Source: Microcoleus sp.
Lineage (GTDB): Bacteria; Cyanobacteriota; Cyanobacteriia; Cyanobacteriales; Microcoleaceae
Assembly: GCA_042408215.1 (NCBI GenBank)
Contig: JAYFMW010000006.1
Span: 192,001 to 256,000 of the forward strand
Direction of reading: 5' to 3'
Length of the DNA: 64,000 bases
The notes beneath the pieces were generated by a model. The model was not told the origin of the DNA. It did not search any database and worked only from the letters and a program-made list of their open reading frames with translations. Position 1 is the first letter of the stretch. The number at the start of each line of letters is the position of its first letter. The translations under genes and the position numbers were made by a program. Below are positions 42,420 to 51,800 of the stretch, piece by piece.

Positions 42420-42691
42420 CTCTCCACTTGCGCGTAATGTTAGCTTCGTCAATGTTTAAGGTCGGTAACTATGTCAAAAGCACTGGTTTAACCCTTAAGC
42501 CTGTTTAACTTCTGAGTTCTAGAGCAGTGGACTAGCTTCGCATCCACTGGTAGGTCTTTAACTCTTGCCCTAAACGTAGTAAAAGTGGCTCCACTGAGCG
42601 AAGCCGAAGTGTTCTCTTACTTAGACTGGTCAACTAGGCGAATTTCTTGCCCCCGCTATATCGGTACTCCGATTAGCGGTGGGTGATTGAC
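42420..42691 (-). ncRNA. omegaRNA (HEARO-like) of iscB
   Basis: TTGACCAGTCTAAG, CTACGTT, GGATGCGAAGCTAGTCC, GTTAAACA and CATTGACGAAGCTAACATTAC immediately upstream of iscB. Confidence 0.9.
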
Positions 42692-43945
42692 CCAGAAGAA
42701 CAGCTACTTTACAACCACTGGCTGGAGCTTGTACAGCTAGAGACGCCGGCCGAACTCATCGATCGCTTTCGGACTTTATTTATCCACTGTACAGGATATC
42801 CCGATCGCTCGATCGCCCAGGCCCTGGAAAAATTAGCAGCATCAAAACAGGCGGAACAAGAATTTAAATACATTTTGAACCGCTGCTGTCACATCCCGAT
42901 CAACCGCTGGCAAACATACCCCAGCAAGCAAGCAGCCATCCCCGAATTGATTGCTGTGTTTGAAGATGCGCCCTTCGTAGTATTTGGAAACAGTCGCTCG
43001 CGGGCGATCGGCTGCATACCCCAATTAGTACATCAATTTATCGCAAGCGAACAGTATCTCACACTCAAACGCTTCGCCCAAGTCATCACCCACAATTGGG
43101 AAGACAGCAGCAACAGCAAAACCCCTACTAGCAAGGCTCTCGGAACTTTAATTCCCCGCTACCCCTACCTTTACCAACACTGTCTCCTCAGCCAAGACAG
43201 CACCTACGAACAGCAGAAAATCATCAAAAAAATCCAAGCTCAAAAGCAGCAGCAATTTGAAATCGACCTCTCTCAATATGTAGCTCACCAAGTGAGAAAA
43301 ACCCAAATAGCCCGCCGAGCAACCTCTATCTCCTTCGCTCGTACTATACATAGTATAAAAAATCCCACCCTCTTGAGCGACCCCGAACTGTTCTGTGCCC
43401 TCAAGCAATTTGTCGGAAAAGTAGAAGGCGCCGATACTTACAGACAGCTCGCCTCGCGCTTCAGAGCGAACGCCAGCCAAACTCAGAACTACGGATCCTT
43501 TAAAGACGACTTGTACGAATACCTAATTTCTTCTGTCACCGACCACCGCTACGGCAAATGTCAATTTAACGATAAATTGTATAAGCAATTACAAAGTACC
43601 TTTCCCCACAGCGATGCTCAGAAGTTCAACGAATTTTTAACGATCAGAACTTGCAGCCAGTTGTTAAACTTTTTAGTAGTAGAGAGTCCTCAGCGACCCA
43701 ACCACTTTGTGTTCATTGACCTGATCTCAAACCTCGGCCCCACCCAAACCACAGGTCTGCTGCTGAAAATTTTACTAATTTGCCACCAAGTCAAACCCTA
43801 CCTAGAAAAGCGGCTGGCAATTTTGTTCGCCCACTACGAATTCTCGACCAGAGCAGGCGTAATGTGGTTAGTCAAAGCCCTCGAAAACCTGAATCTCGCT
43901 TTGAGTACCAACTTTGGCAAGGTAGACGTATCTTTCCTGCGGTAA
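42683..43945 (+). CDS. Conserved cyanobacterial hypothetical protein; the current GTG start lies inside the transposon end
   Basis: ILNRCCHI.INRW, RYPYLYQH, NPTLLSD, RTCSQLLNFLVVE, LENLNLALSTNFG. Confidence 0.8.
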   Translation: MIDPEEQLLYNHWLELVQLETPAELIDRFRTLFIHCTGYPDRSIAQALEKLAASKQAEQEFKYILNRCCHIPINRWQTYPSKQAAIPELIAVFEDAPFVVFGNSRSRAIGCIPQLVHQFIASEQYLTLKRFAQVITHNWEDSSNSKTPTSKALGTLIPRYPYLYQHCLLSQDSTYEQQKIIKKIQAQKQQQFEIDLSQYVAHQVRKTQIARRATSISFARTIHSIKNPTLLSDPELFCALKQFVGKVEGADTYRQLASRFRANASQTQNYGSFKDDLYEYLISSVTDHRYGKCQFNDKLYKQLQSTFPHSDAQKFNEFLTIRTCSQLLNFLVVESPQRPNHFVFIDLISNLGPTQTTGLLLKILLICHQVKPYLEKRLAILFAHYEFSTRAGVMWLVKALENLNLALSTNFGKVDVSFLR

Positions 43946-43995
43946 ATAGCATTGGCACAACTAACTACTAAAACCCGTTGAAAAGAGGCTATTCT

Positions 43996-44175
43996 CGAAA
44001 AATTGGGTGGAAAACCCCGTCCTAAAAGGACGGCTTTGTGTTAAAATGGCTTCAAGTCGGGATAGGAAACTGCCACGACTCTAAATGGACCTAGAGAAAA
44101 CGTAAGACTATTTCGGTAGCAGATTTCTTAGAAGTGTCAAGAATCACCGCACCTGATAGTCGGTGAGTGTTTCAA
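43996..44175 (+). mobile_element. 180-bp non-autonomous IS605/TnpB-type mini-element (left end + right-end guide-RNA scaffold, no ORF)
   Basis: Left hairpin CCCCGTCCTAAAAGGACGGCTTT is near-identical to the tnpB element's left end. Right end GAATCACCG...CGGTGAGTGTTTCAA matches the tnpB right end GAATCACCG...CGGTGAGAATGTCAA. Confidence 0.85.
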
Positions 44176-44197
44176 ATTTTAAAGTACCAAGTGTGAA

Positions 44198-44312
44198 TCA
44201 GATTCGGTTGCAGGCTTTGTTCATTGCTACAGAATTGTCTAAAAACTTGCCCTTCTGTATCGGCAGGGAACTCTCCGAAACTGAAATCTTACACCATCTA
44301 AATTTTGGAGTT
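44198..44312 (+). promoter_or_regulatory. Conserved rbp 5'-UTR boxes
   Basis: TTCGGT near 44203 and TCTCCGAA at 44272, complementary to the TTTGGAG RBS region; resembles the leader boxes of cold-inducible cyanobacterial rbp genes. Confidence 0.55.
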
Positions 44313-44319
44313 ATTCCCC

Positions 44320-44667
44320 ATGTCGATATACGTCGGTAACTTATCCTATAAAGTTACCCAAGAAGACATCACCGCCGTCTTCGCTGAATACGGAACCGTT
44401 AAACGAGTACATCTACCTACAGACAGAGAAACGAGTCGCCCCCGTGGCTTCGGTTTTGTAGAAATGTCAACCGATGCAGAAGAAGATGCAGCCATTACGG
44501 CTCTCGACGGAGCAGAGTGGATGGGTCGTGACCTCAAGGTTAACAAAGCCAAGCCTCGCGAAGATGAAGGCGGCCGGGGCGGCGGCAGCCGGGGCCCCGG
44601 CGGCCCAGGAAAATTTCCTCGCGGAGAAAGAGGAGGAGAAAGAGGAGGAGAAAGAGGACGTTATTAA
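44320..44667 (+). CDS. rbp: RRM RNA-binding protein with a Gly-rich tail (Rbp family)
   Basis: MSIYVGNLSY, RGFGFVEM, WMGRDLKVNKAKPRE. Confidence 0.96.
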   Translation: MSIYVGNLSYKVTQEDITAVFAEYGTVKRVHLPTDRETSRPRGFGFVEMSTDAEEDAAITALDGAEWMGRDLKVNKAKPREDEGGRGGGSRGPGGPGKFPRGERGGERGGERGRY

Positions 44668-44776
44668 TTTCCTCGGAATTTCCTCTGACGCAGATTTGAG
44701 ATTTGAGATGGGAGATCAAGAGCACCTAGCTCCGAACCGCCTTCTCTTCAAATTTCCTGCTCTACGGTAAATACAC

Positions 44777-44813
44777 GCTAAAGCCAAGGGTCAAGCCCTT
44801 GGCTTTTAGCTTT
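44777..44813 (+). terminator. Probable intrinsic terminator after rbp
   Basis: GCTAAAGCCAAGGG-TCAAG-CCCTTGGCTTTTAGC hairpin. Confidence 0.6.
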
Positions 44814-44815
44814 GA

Positions 44816-44910
44816 CAGTCCTGGACGCAAAAACAGAAGAGCAACACTATTGGTAGCGGTAAGGTGTTCTTAGGCGCACCCTACAGATCTAGTTTATGCG
44901 TCCAGGGCTA
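44816..44910. mobile_element. 95-bp MITE with 14-bp TIRs and a 5-bp TSD
   Basis: CAGTCCTGGACGCA...TGCGTCCAGGGCTA flanked by TTTGA on both sides. Confidence 0.8.
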
Positions 44911-44997
44911 TTTGAGTTAAAAGCGCGATTAGCGAATCTAGTTAAGACCGATCGAATTTTTGGTTGAGATGGCAGACCCCTGCTGTGTACTCAGAGT

Positions 44998-45279
44998 CTA
45001 TTCGTCAGATTCGATGCTACTGCTCAATCCGTGATTGTTCAGCGTTTCGCAGTAAAACTCAGCGTGTTCTAGAGCACAAACAATCACCAGTCCCAGCCCG
45101 TTAGTGTGAGCTTCCATCATAATGTTCACAGCCTGTGGCTGAGTCAGACTCGGTACCGTCTGCATCAGAGTCTGCACCACATACTCCATAGGGTTGAAAT
45201 CATCATTGTGGAGCAGAACGCGATAGCGCGGTGCAAGCTTACGGACCGTTGAAGGCTTTACAAGAATTTCGACAGACAC
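44998..45279 (-). CDS. clpS: ATP-dependent Clp protease adaptor ClpS
   Basis: PRYRVLLHNDDFNPMEYVV, IMMEAHTNG, EHAEFYCE. Confidence 0.96.
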   Translation of the reverse strand: MSVEILVKPSTVRKLAPRYRVLLHNDDFNPMEYVVQTLMQTVPSLTQPQAVNIMMEAHTNGLGLVIVCALEHAEFYCETLNNHGLSSSIESDE

Positions 45280-45594
45280 TACTTTGTATCCTCCTGCTGG
45301 GTCAAATGTTAAAATTTGTGAATAATCTAGAGCCGGATTCCTCCGCTGTGCAATGGTATCCGACTTTTAGTTATTTTAAATGAATGGAGATGCTGTTAGG
45401 TAATGAAATTCAAAGAAAGCAGCCAAAAAGTCGATCGCCACCTTTGAACCCAAAACCGGACGCAGATGCGGTTTTTTCCAACTCCAGTATCCAAAGCCAA
45501 TCGCCCTACCTTCCTAGCGCCGTACAATTAGAATACAACAGATCAAAATAACAAACTACTACCTGTCGAGTCTCCAGAACTGAGTGAACGCTAT

Positions 45595-46197
45595 ATGAAA
45601 CGCAAACCTAAACCCTTCAACGACAGATTCAGCGCCGACGCACCAGGGGGAGAAGATGACTCCGACTACTCCGGCCCCTTTGGCGGACAGTCGCGACGCC
45701 AACCTCAGTCTGGTAAACCCTCCTTCCTCAACTACACCTCCCTGGGCATTTTAGCAGCCGTTTTTATTCTCGGAATTGGTATTGGCATTGCTTTTAGCTC
45801 CACCGCTACCATTAGCCCAGAAAATGTAGCATCCCGCGAATTTATCGATCGCAGTGCCCCGAATCCCGAACTTTGCGTGCAGTTTGGAGCCAGCGCGATG
45901 GTGACAGATATGCGCGCCTACGTCACCCTCAACCCTTTCAACGTCTACATTTCACAGCCGACTATGCGCCCCGGATGCGTGCTGCGAACCAACAACTGGG
46001 CAATTCTGGAACAAAGAAAACTCGTCAGCCAAAACCAAGTGCGCGAGTGCAAAAATCGGATGAATACATTTGGCTTCACCGGTGCCCTGGAAAGTCAACC
46101 CGACATCAACTGTATCTATCAAAACGACAGCGCCAAAAACCTGTTTATCAACCAGCCCGGTTCAGTGGCTCCAACCACAGATAATCAGAATTTCTAA
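45595..46197 (+). CDS. DUF3172 domain-containing protein
   Basis: FILGIGIG TM, APNPELCVQFGASA, PGCVLR..NWAILE, CKNRMNTFGFTG. Confidence 0.85.
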   Translation: MKRKPKPFNDRFSADAPGGEDDSDYSGPFGGQSRRQPQSGKPSFLNYTSLGILAAVFILGIGIGIAFSSTATISPENVASREFIDRSAPNPELCVQFGASAMVTDMRAYVTLNPFNVYISQPTMRPGCVLRTNNWAILEQRKLVSQNQVRECKNRMNTFGFTGALESQPDINCIYQNDSAKNLFINQPGSVAPTTDNQNF

Positions 46198-46203
46198 CTT
46201 TGA

Positions 46204-46310
46204 TAGTCCTGGACGCATCAAAACCTTAAGAAACCGGGTTTTTTGGGTTTTGATGGGCTGTAACGAAGTCTTGGAGCAAAAACCCGGTTTCTGACCACCC
46301 GTGCGTCCAG
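46204..46310. mobile_element. MITE of the GTCCTGGACGCA family with an eroded right end
   Basis: TAGTCCTGGACGCA...TGCGTCCAG with an internal AGAAACCGGGTTT/AAACCCGGTTTCT palindrome. Confidence 0.6.
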
Positions 46311-46413
46311 TTGTTTCGGAATGATTTAACCGCAGAGACCGCAGAGACCGCAGAGTCGGAGAAGAGAGAGATGAATCATTCTGATACCAACGGATTTGAT
46401 ATGACTATTAAAG

Positions 46414-47142
46414 CTACTGTTTGGGAAGCGGTTCACCAAAGTTGATGATGATTATCCGCCGTTCTGGTGCGGCAGGACGGGGTATAGGAGCAACAGGTAT
46501 CCCCCGCCGTTCTTGAACCGCAACCCTGACTAAAGGCACTGTTATCGGTCGGATTTGGTCGTTTTGAGTTGTTGGCTGGGAAGGATTTCGCTCGTAAGTT
46601 TGAGTGGCGATCGGCTGGGGCTGCGGTACTTGTGTTGTTGATGGGGTTTGGGTTTCGGTTGTGTTACGACTCGAACTTGGGGCGATCGCGGGCACTAACA
46701 CCCAGCGATTGGCGGCCCCGATTTTTTGGAATTGAGTGCGATCGGGCTTTACAGCAAATCCTGGTGCCAACTCCATCACAATTCTCACCCTTCCCGGTTG
46801 AATTTGACTCATTCCCACAGAACGTACTAATCCTTTTGGGTATAATTGAGTCGCATCTACTGAGATTTCAGTATTGGGCAAATCCACAGCAATTTGATTT
46901 GGGTTTAATACAGAATATTTGGGCGTGGTTCCCTCTGGGAGGGTAATTACTAACTCATTTGTGGCCGGATCGAATTGCCAAATTGGGACTGTGGAAGCGG
47001 TGGCTTGTTGTTGTCCGATTTGCATCGAAACTGTGGCGGCGACTGCTAGACTCAGACTCAGTGACTTGCTTGCTAACAATCTGGGTGTTAGAGAATTAAC
47101 AGTCAATTTTTGTAAGTCTTGCCAAAATCTTTTGTATTGCAT
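46414..47142 (-). CDS. AMIN domain-containing protein
   Basis: Signal-like segment, WQFDPATNEL.I.LP..TTP, NPNQIAVDLPNT, RVRIVMEL; likely start MQYKRFW. Confidence 0.8.
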   Translation of the reverse strand: MQYKRFWQDLQKLTVNSLTPRLLASKSLSLSLAVAATVSMQIGQQQATASTVPIWQFDPATNELVITLPEGTTPKYSVLNPNQIAVDLPNTEISVDATQLYPKGLVRSVGMSQIQPGRVRIVMELAPGFAVKPDRTQFQKIGAANRWVLVPAIAPSSSRNTTETQTPSTTQVPQPQPIATQTYERNPSQPTTQNDQIRPITVPLVRVAVQERRGIPVAPIPRPAAPERRIIIINFGEPLPKQ

Positions 47143-47165
47143 GGCTGCTGTGTGAAAGTTTTGAT

Positions 47166-48504
47166 TTGACATTCTCACCGGGCTGAAGCCACGGTGATTC
47201 TAAACATCACTGTTTAGGCTTCCTCTTTCGGCGATCCGACTTATTTAAAAGAGTTTCCTCATTCAAACTCTTGTTGATATCTCCAGAGGCGTTTGAGGTT
47301 TCCGTGTGCCCCACGGTACGCAATCCAAGTTCTAATATGTTGCGAGCGGCGTTCCAATCTCGGTCTAAAACGAATCCACAATGTGGACAAATATGTGTTC
47401 TTTGACTTAATGACTTTTTCGCCACTTTCCCACAACTAGAACAATTTTGACTTGTATAGTGTGGCGGTACTGCAACAGTTGCCACCCCAAACACTTTGCC
47501 AAAATATTCAATCCAATTTCTAAAAGCTGTCCAAGCCGCATCTGATATCGACTTGGATAGCTTTTTGTTTTTGACCATGTTACGCACCTGCAAGTCTTCA
47601 TAGGCTACCAAGTCGTTAGACTGGACTACGCACCTTGCTAATTTCACAGCAAAGTCTTTACGCCGCCTGCTTACCTTGAGGTGTTTTCTACTTAAACAAT
47701 TTCGAGCCTTAGCTCTATTTTTAGAACCTTTCTGCGTTCGAGAAAGTCTACGATTAAGCTTTTTTAACGATCTTTCGGACTTTCTTAGATGGCGCGGGTT
47801 CTCTACGGTGTTACCGTCAGAGTCTGTGTAGAAATGAGTTAGCCCTACATCCAAACCGATTGTTTTTCCGGTCTGCTCCCGCTTTTCGTTTCGTTCAGTG
47901 TCAATACAAAATTGCACGTAGTAGCCATCGGCTCGACGAACTACGCGCACTCGTTTAACTTGACTTAGCCGATAGAAATGTAGGTCACGAGTTCCCCATA
48001 ATTTAAAAATTCCGGCTTTAAATCCATCAGTGAAAGTTATATTTCGTCGGTCTTCAGAAAGCTTCCACCCACAGGTCTTGTATTCAACAGAACCGTGCGT
48101 TTCATGCTTTTTGAAGTGCGGAAAACCTTTCTTTCCTGGTTTTGCCTTCTTGCAGTTGTCAAAGAATCGTGCAATCGCTGACCAAGCTCTTTCAGCAGAA
48201 GCTTGCCTTGCCATTGAGTTGAGTTTACTGGCCCAAGGAAATTCTTTGGCAAGAACTACGCAATAAGCGCTTAAGTCGTAGCGACCTACCCCTGGGGTAT
48301 CCATCCAGTACCTGATGCAGCTATTACGAATGAAGCGAGCAGTACGAATGGCTTCGTCTAGCCGTTCGTACTGCTCGCTTTTCCCTTCTAGCTTGGCTTC
48401 AAATACTAACATTTACGTCGAGTGAGTGAATATAAAGACTATAACAGAGTTCTGGAGAAATTAAAGCCGTCCTATAAGGACGGGGCTTTAGACCCAGCTT
48501 TTTG
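47166..48504 (-). mobile_element. IS605/IS1341-group tnpB-only element
   Basis: Minus strand TTAC|CAAAAAGCTGGGTCT-AAAG-hairpin left end; right end GAAT-hairpin...TCAA. Confidence 0.9.
47207..48412 (-). CDS. tnpB: RNA-guided endonuclease TnpB
   Basis: RuvC-I IGLDVGL, RuvC-II AYEDL, Zn finger CSSCG...CPHCG, RuvC-III DRDWNAARNI. Confidence 0.96.
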   Translation of the reverse strand: MLVFEAKLEGKSEQYERLDEAIRTARFIRNSCIRYWMDTPGVGRYDLSAYCVVLAKEFPWASKLNSMARQASAERAWSAIARFFDNCKKAKPGKKGFPHFKKHETHGSVEYKTCGWKLSEDRRNITFTDGFKAGIFKLWGTRDLHFYRLSQVKRVRVVRRADGYYVQFCIDTERNEKREQTGKTIGLDVGLTHFYTDSDGNTVENPRHLRKSERSLKKLNRRLSRTQKGSKNRAKARNCLSRKHLKVSRRRKDFAVKLARCVVQSNDLVAYEDLQVRNMVKNKKLSKSISDAAWTAFRNWIEYFGKVFGVATVAVPPHYTSQNCSSCGKVAKKSLSQRTHICPHCGFVLDRDWNAARNILELGLRTVGHTETSNASGDINKSLNEETLLNKSDRRKRKPKQ

Positions 48505-48598
48505 GTAAACTAGATTTGAGAATAATTGGGCATCGGGCATCGGGCATCGGAAAAAGCGTGTTCCTTGATGGTCGAATCAAGGTATTATAACTATTTAA

Positions 48599-48780
48599 TA
48601 CCAATTTTTTATGAGGCTGCATAGAATCCGATCCCCCTAACCGAGGGCGGGCACGGGGGCACCGCCCCTACATTCGGGGAGTAGCGGGGGACAAGATTCC
48701 GATCAAAGTCAACCCCTACTCCCCTTCTTAAGGGGGATTTAGGGGGATCGAGATATGTGCAACGACCCATTAAATTGGTA
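48599..48780. mobile_element. 182-bp MITE with 9-bp TIRs and a TAA TSD
   Basis: TAA-TACCAATTT...AAATTGGTA-TAA; contains CCCCTTCTTAAGGGGG and GGCGGGCAC..CCGCCCCTAC repeats. Confidence 0.65.
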
Positions 48781-48826
48781 TAATCGGAATCGCGATCGCC
48801 TTAAAATTCCTGCCGTCAGAACACCT

Positions 48827-51800
48827 ATGACTTACAGTAACAGCGAACTTGAGGGAAAATCTTTCTATCAATCGGAACCTTTAATCGCCAGATTGAGGGG
48901 AATTATCCGCGATTATCCCGAAGGTGTGGGGATTCTCAAAGAATTAATTCAAAATGCTGACGATGCGAAAGCCACGCGGGTAGAAATAACTCTCGATTGG
49001 CGGAACCATCAAGTCGAAAAATTGCCGGACGATCGCATGGTACGGTTAATGGGGCCGGCGATGTTAGTCTACAACGATCGCGTGTTTGCAGACAAAGATT
49101 TTGACAGCATTCGCAGTTTGGGACAAAGCGAAAAAGCGCGAGACTTGCAGAAAACTGGTAGGTTTGGCGTCGGGTTTAATGCAATTTATCATGTTACAGA
49201 TTTTCCCAGTTTTGTGTCGCGCGATCGCATCATCTTTTTTGACCCTCACGGTGTGGCGATTCCCGGTACTTCGAGACAGGAACCGGGGCGCGAGTGGAAT
49301 TTGGCTGATGCTAAATGGTATGATAAATATCCCGATTTTATGCAAGTCTACGCAGCGGGAGGATTGCCGTTTGGAGATACCAACTTTCAAGGTACTCTGT
49401 TTCGGCTACCTTTGAGAACAACAGAAAGCGCCAAAAATAGCGAGATTCGCAAACAAGCTTTTACTGAATCAAACGTCAAGGAACTGCTAGATGAATTGAG
49501 ACAGTCGGGTGAAGAACTTTTGCTATTTTTGAAGTCTGTTCAGGAAATTAGAGTTTATGAAATTTTGGCTAACAGTCAAGAAACCAGACAAGAAATTCTG
49601 GCGATTGTTACCAAAAATCCGCAAGAAGTCAGAGAAGCGCGACAAAAACTCCTCGATGCAATTCCCGATACTCCCGACAAACTGCTGGAATTGTGCCACC
49701 ATAATCCTGACGGTTTAGTGTCAGTTTCTTACCGCCACGAGATAGAAACGATTAGTTGCGATCGCACAATCAAGTCTACTTGGAGAACAGTCAGTTTAAT
49801 TCGCACAGACTCAGGCGACGATTTGGCAAAAGTGATCGCAGCAATGCACGAAAGCCAAGAAAAAGTCGTACCTTGGGCCGGTGCTGCTGCTAGAATTAGT
49901 GCTGTTAGTACCGAGGGAAATCTGCCGCCTGTTTCCGGGAAAGTTTACTGTTTTTTGCCGCTTCCTCTGGAAACTGGTTGGCCGGTTCACATCAACGGTT
50001 TTTTTAACTTAAATAGTTCGCGGGATAACCTCAGCAGCGACAGCGGACAAACTGGAAAAGACCGACCTAGATCTATTTGGAATCAGCTACTCGCGCGCCA
50101 TGTTTTGGCTCACGCTTATGCTAACTTAATTGTCGATTTAGTACAAGATATCGGACGGTTTCAAGCAGAGGAGTTTTACAAATTTTGGCCGATTAGCAAA
50201 ATCACTACTAGCAAAGCTCTGGAAGAATTACACAATTTTGTGATGCAGTTATTGTACCACAAACCAGTTGTGCGATCGGCTGTCAAACATATTGTAACTG
50301 AAGGTCAAATTAACGAGACAAGATGGGTAACACCTCCGACAGTTCAAAATCTACCCTCAAAAAAGTGGTGGGATGAATTATTAGCACCGCTGTGTGCCGA
50401 TAATATTGATATTCCCAATCCGCCCTTGCCCGATTCGATTTTAGCAGCTTTTAAAGATGCAGGTTTGCCCTTACCAACATTCACTGCTACCAATTTGCGA
50501 AAGCATTTAACCGAAAATAAATCCCTAGGGGTTTCGCTGTCGGATGCACCGAAAGCCAGCCTGCGAAATCGCCAATGGATTGGGAATATGCTGCGCTATT
50601 GTCTCAGCGATAAATGCCAAGATTTGCGCGGTTTGCCGCTAGCTATTCTGGCTGACAATACTTTGCAGGTATTTGGATATAATGCGATCGGCACTATTTA
50701 CATTGCAGATGAGGCGCAGAGGGGAATATTTGCCAATTATCCCGACTGGTTTCTCCACCAAGATTTAACTAAATTATTGCCGGGATACAATATAATTGGC
50801 ATCTCAAACATGACTGCTGCGGAAGTAGCAAAGAAGTTGGTGAATGTCATTGGTTCAACTCAGTCAGAAATTGATTGGAATCCCGATGCACCGCATCCGC
50901 CAAATGCAGAATGGTTGACTTTAGTTTATCAATATTTTTACAATATCAGCCCCAGATATCTATCGCAAGAAACAGTCGAAAACTTGAAAAAAGTAGCGCT
51001 GGTTCCGGGAAATCATGGTAAGCTTTATAAAGGGGGAACTGTTGACACTCCTTTGTTGCGCGGCGATAAAATTGAGGCGGAAACAATTGCAGCGGTAGAA
51101 TATTTTGGGGCGACACTTGTCAAAGCACCGGCAAAACTTGAAGGCGCGATCGCACAATTTGCCGATCGCCACAAAAATCAGTTAGTCTATTGTATCACCG
51201 GCCCGGATATCCTAGACATAGTATATTCGCGGTGCGATCGAGGTTTGCCGCCTTACGACGAACAGCATTATACACATCTGCTCAATTTCCTAGCAAGTCT
51301 AGAGCAAAGAAATTACGATGAAACTAGGCAAAATAAGCTGCGCCAACTGCCAATTTACCCCACAACTTCCGGCGAAATAGTTTCTCTGAATAGTGAAAAT
51401 GTCTACCTGACTGGCGATGGATACGCACCGCCAGAAATTGCAGGTAATTTGAGGCTTTTATGCTTAGGTAAAAACCGGGAATGGCTGTCGCTATTCCAAT
51501 ATTTGCAAGTGCCAATACTCAACCGCGCGAGACTGATTCGCGACTGTTTGTTGCCAGAATATGCCTCATTTTCCCCAGAAGAACAGTTAATAGCGCTAAC
51601 TTGGATTCGGGATAACTTGACTAAAGCTAGCATTGAGTTAGAAAAGGGAGGAGAAAATGCTTTAGGATTTAATGAAGAGCTGAAAAAGGCTCGTCTGGTG
51701 CGCTGTAGTGACAGGAGATTGCGATCGGCCCAATTGATTTACAATCCTTTAAGTGAGGTAGTTAGGGATATTATCGGCAATGTAGCAGCGATTCCAGACA

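Larger units (their letters stand above)
41002..42691 (-). mobile_element. IS200/IS605-family IscB transposon (non-autonomous, no tnpA)
   Basis: Minus strand starts GTCAATCACCCACCGCTA, carries omegaRNA + iscB, and ends in a hairpin ...GGGGCTGAG followed by ATGA. Removing it restores the host ORF. Confidence 0.9.
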
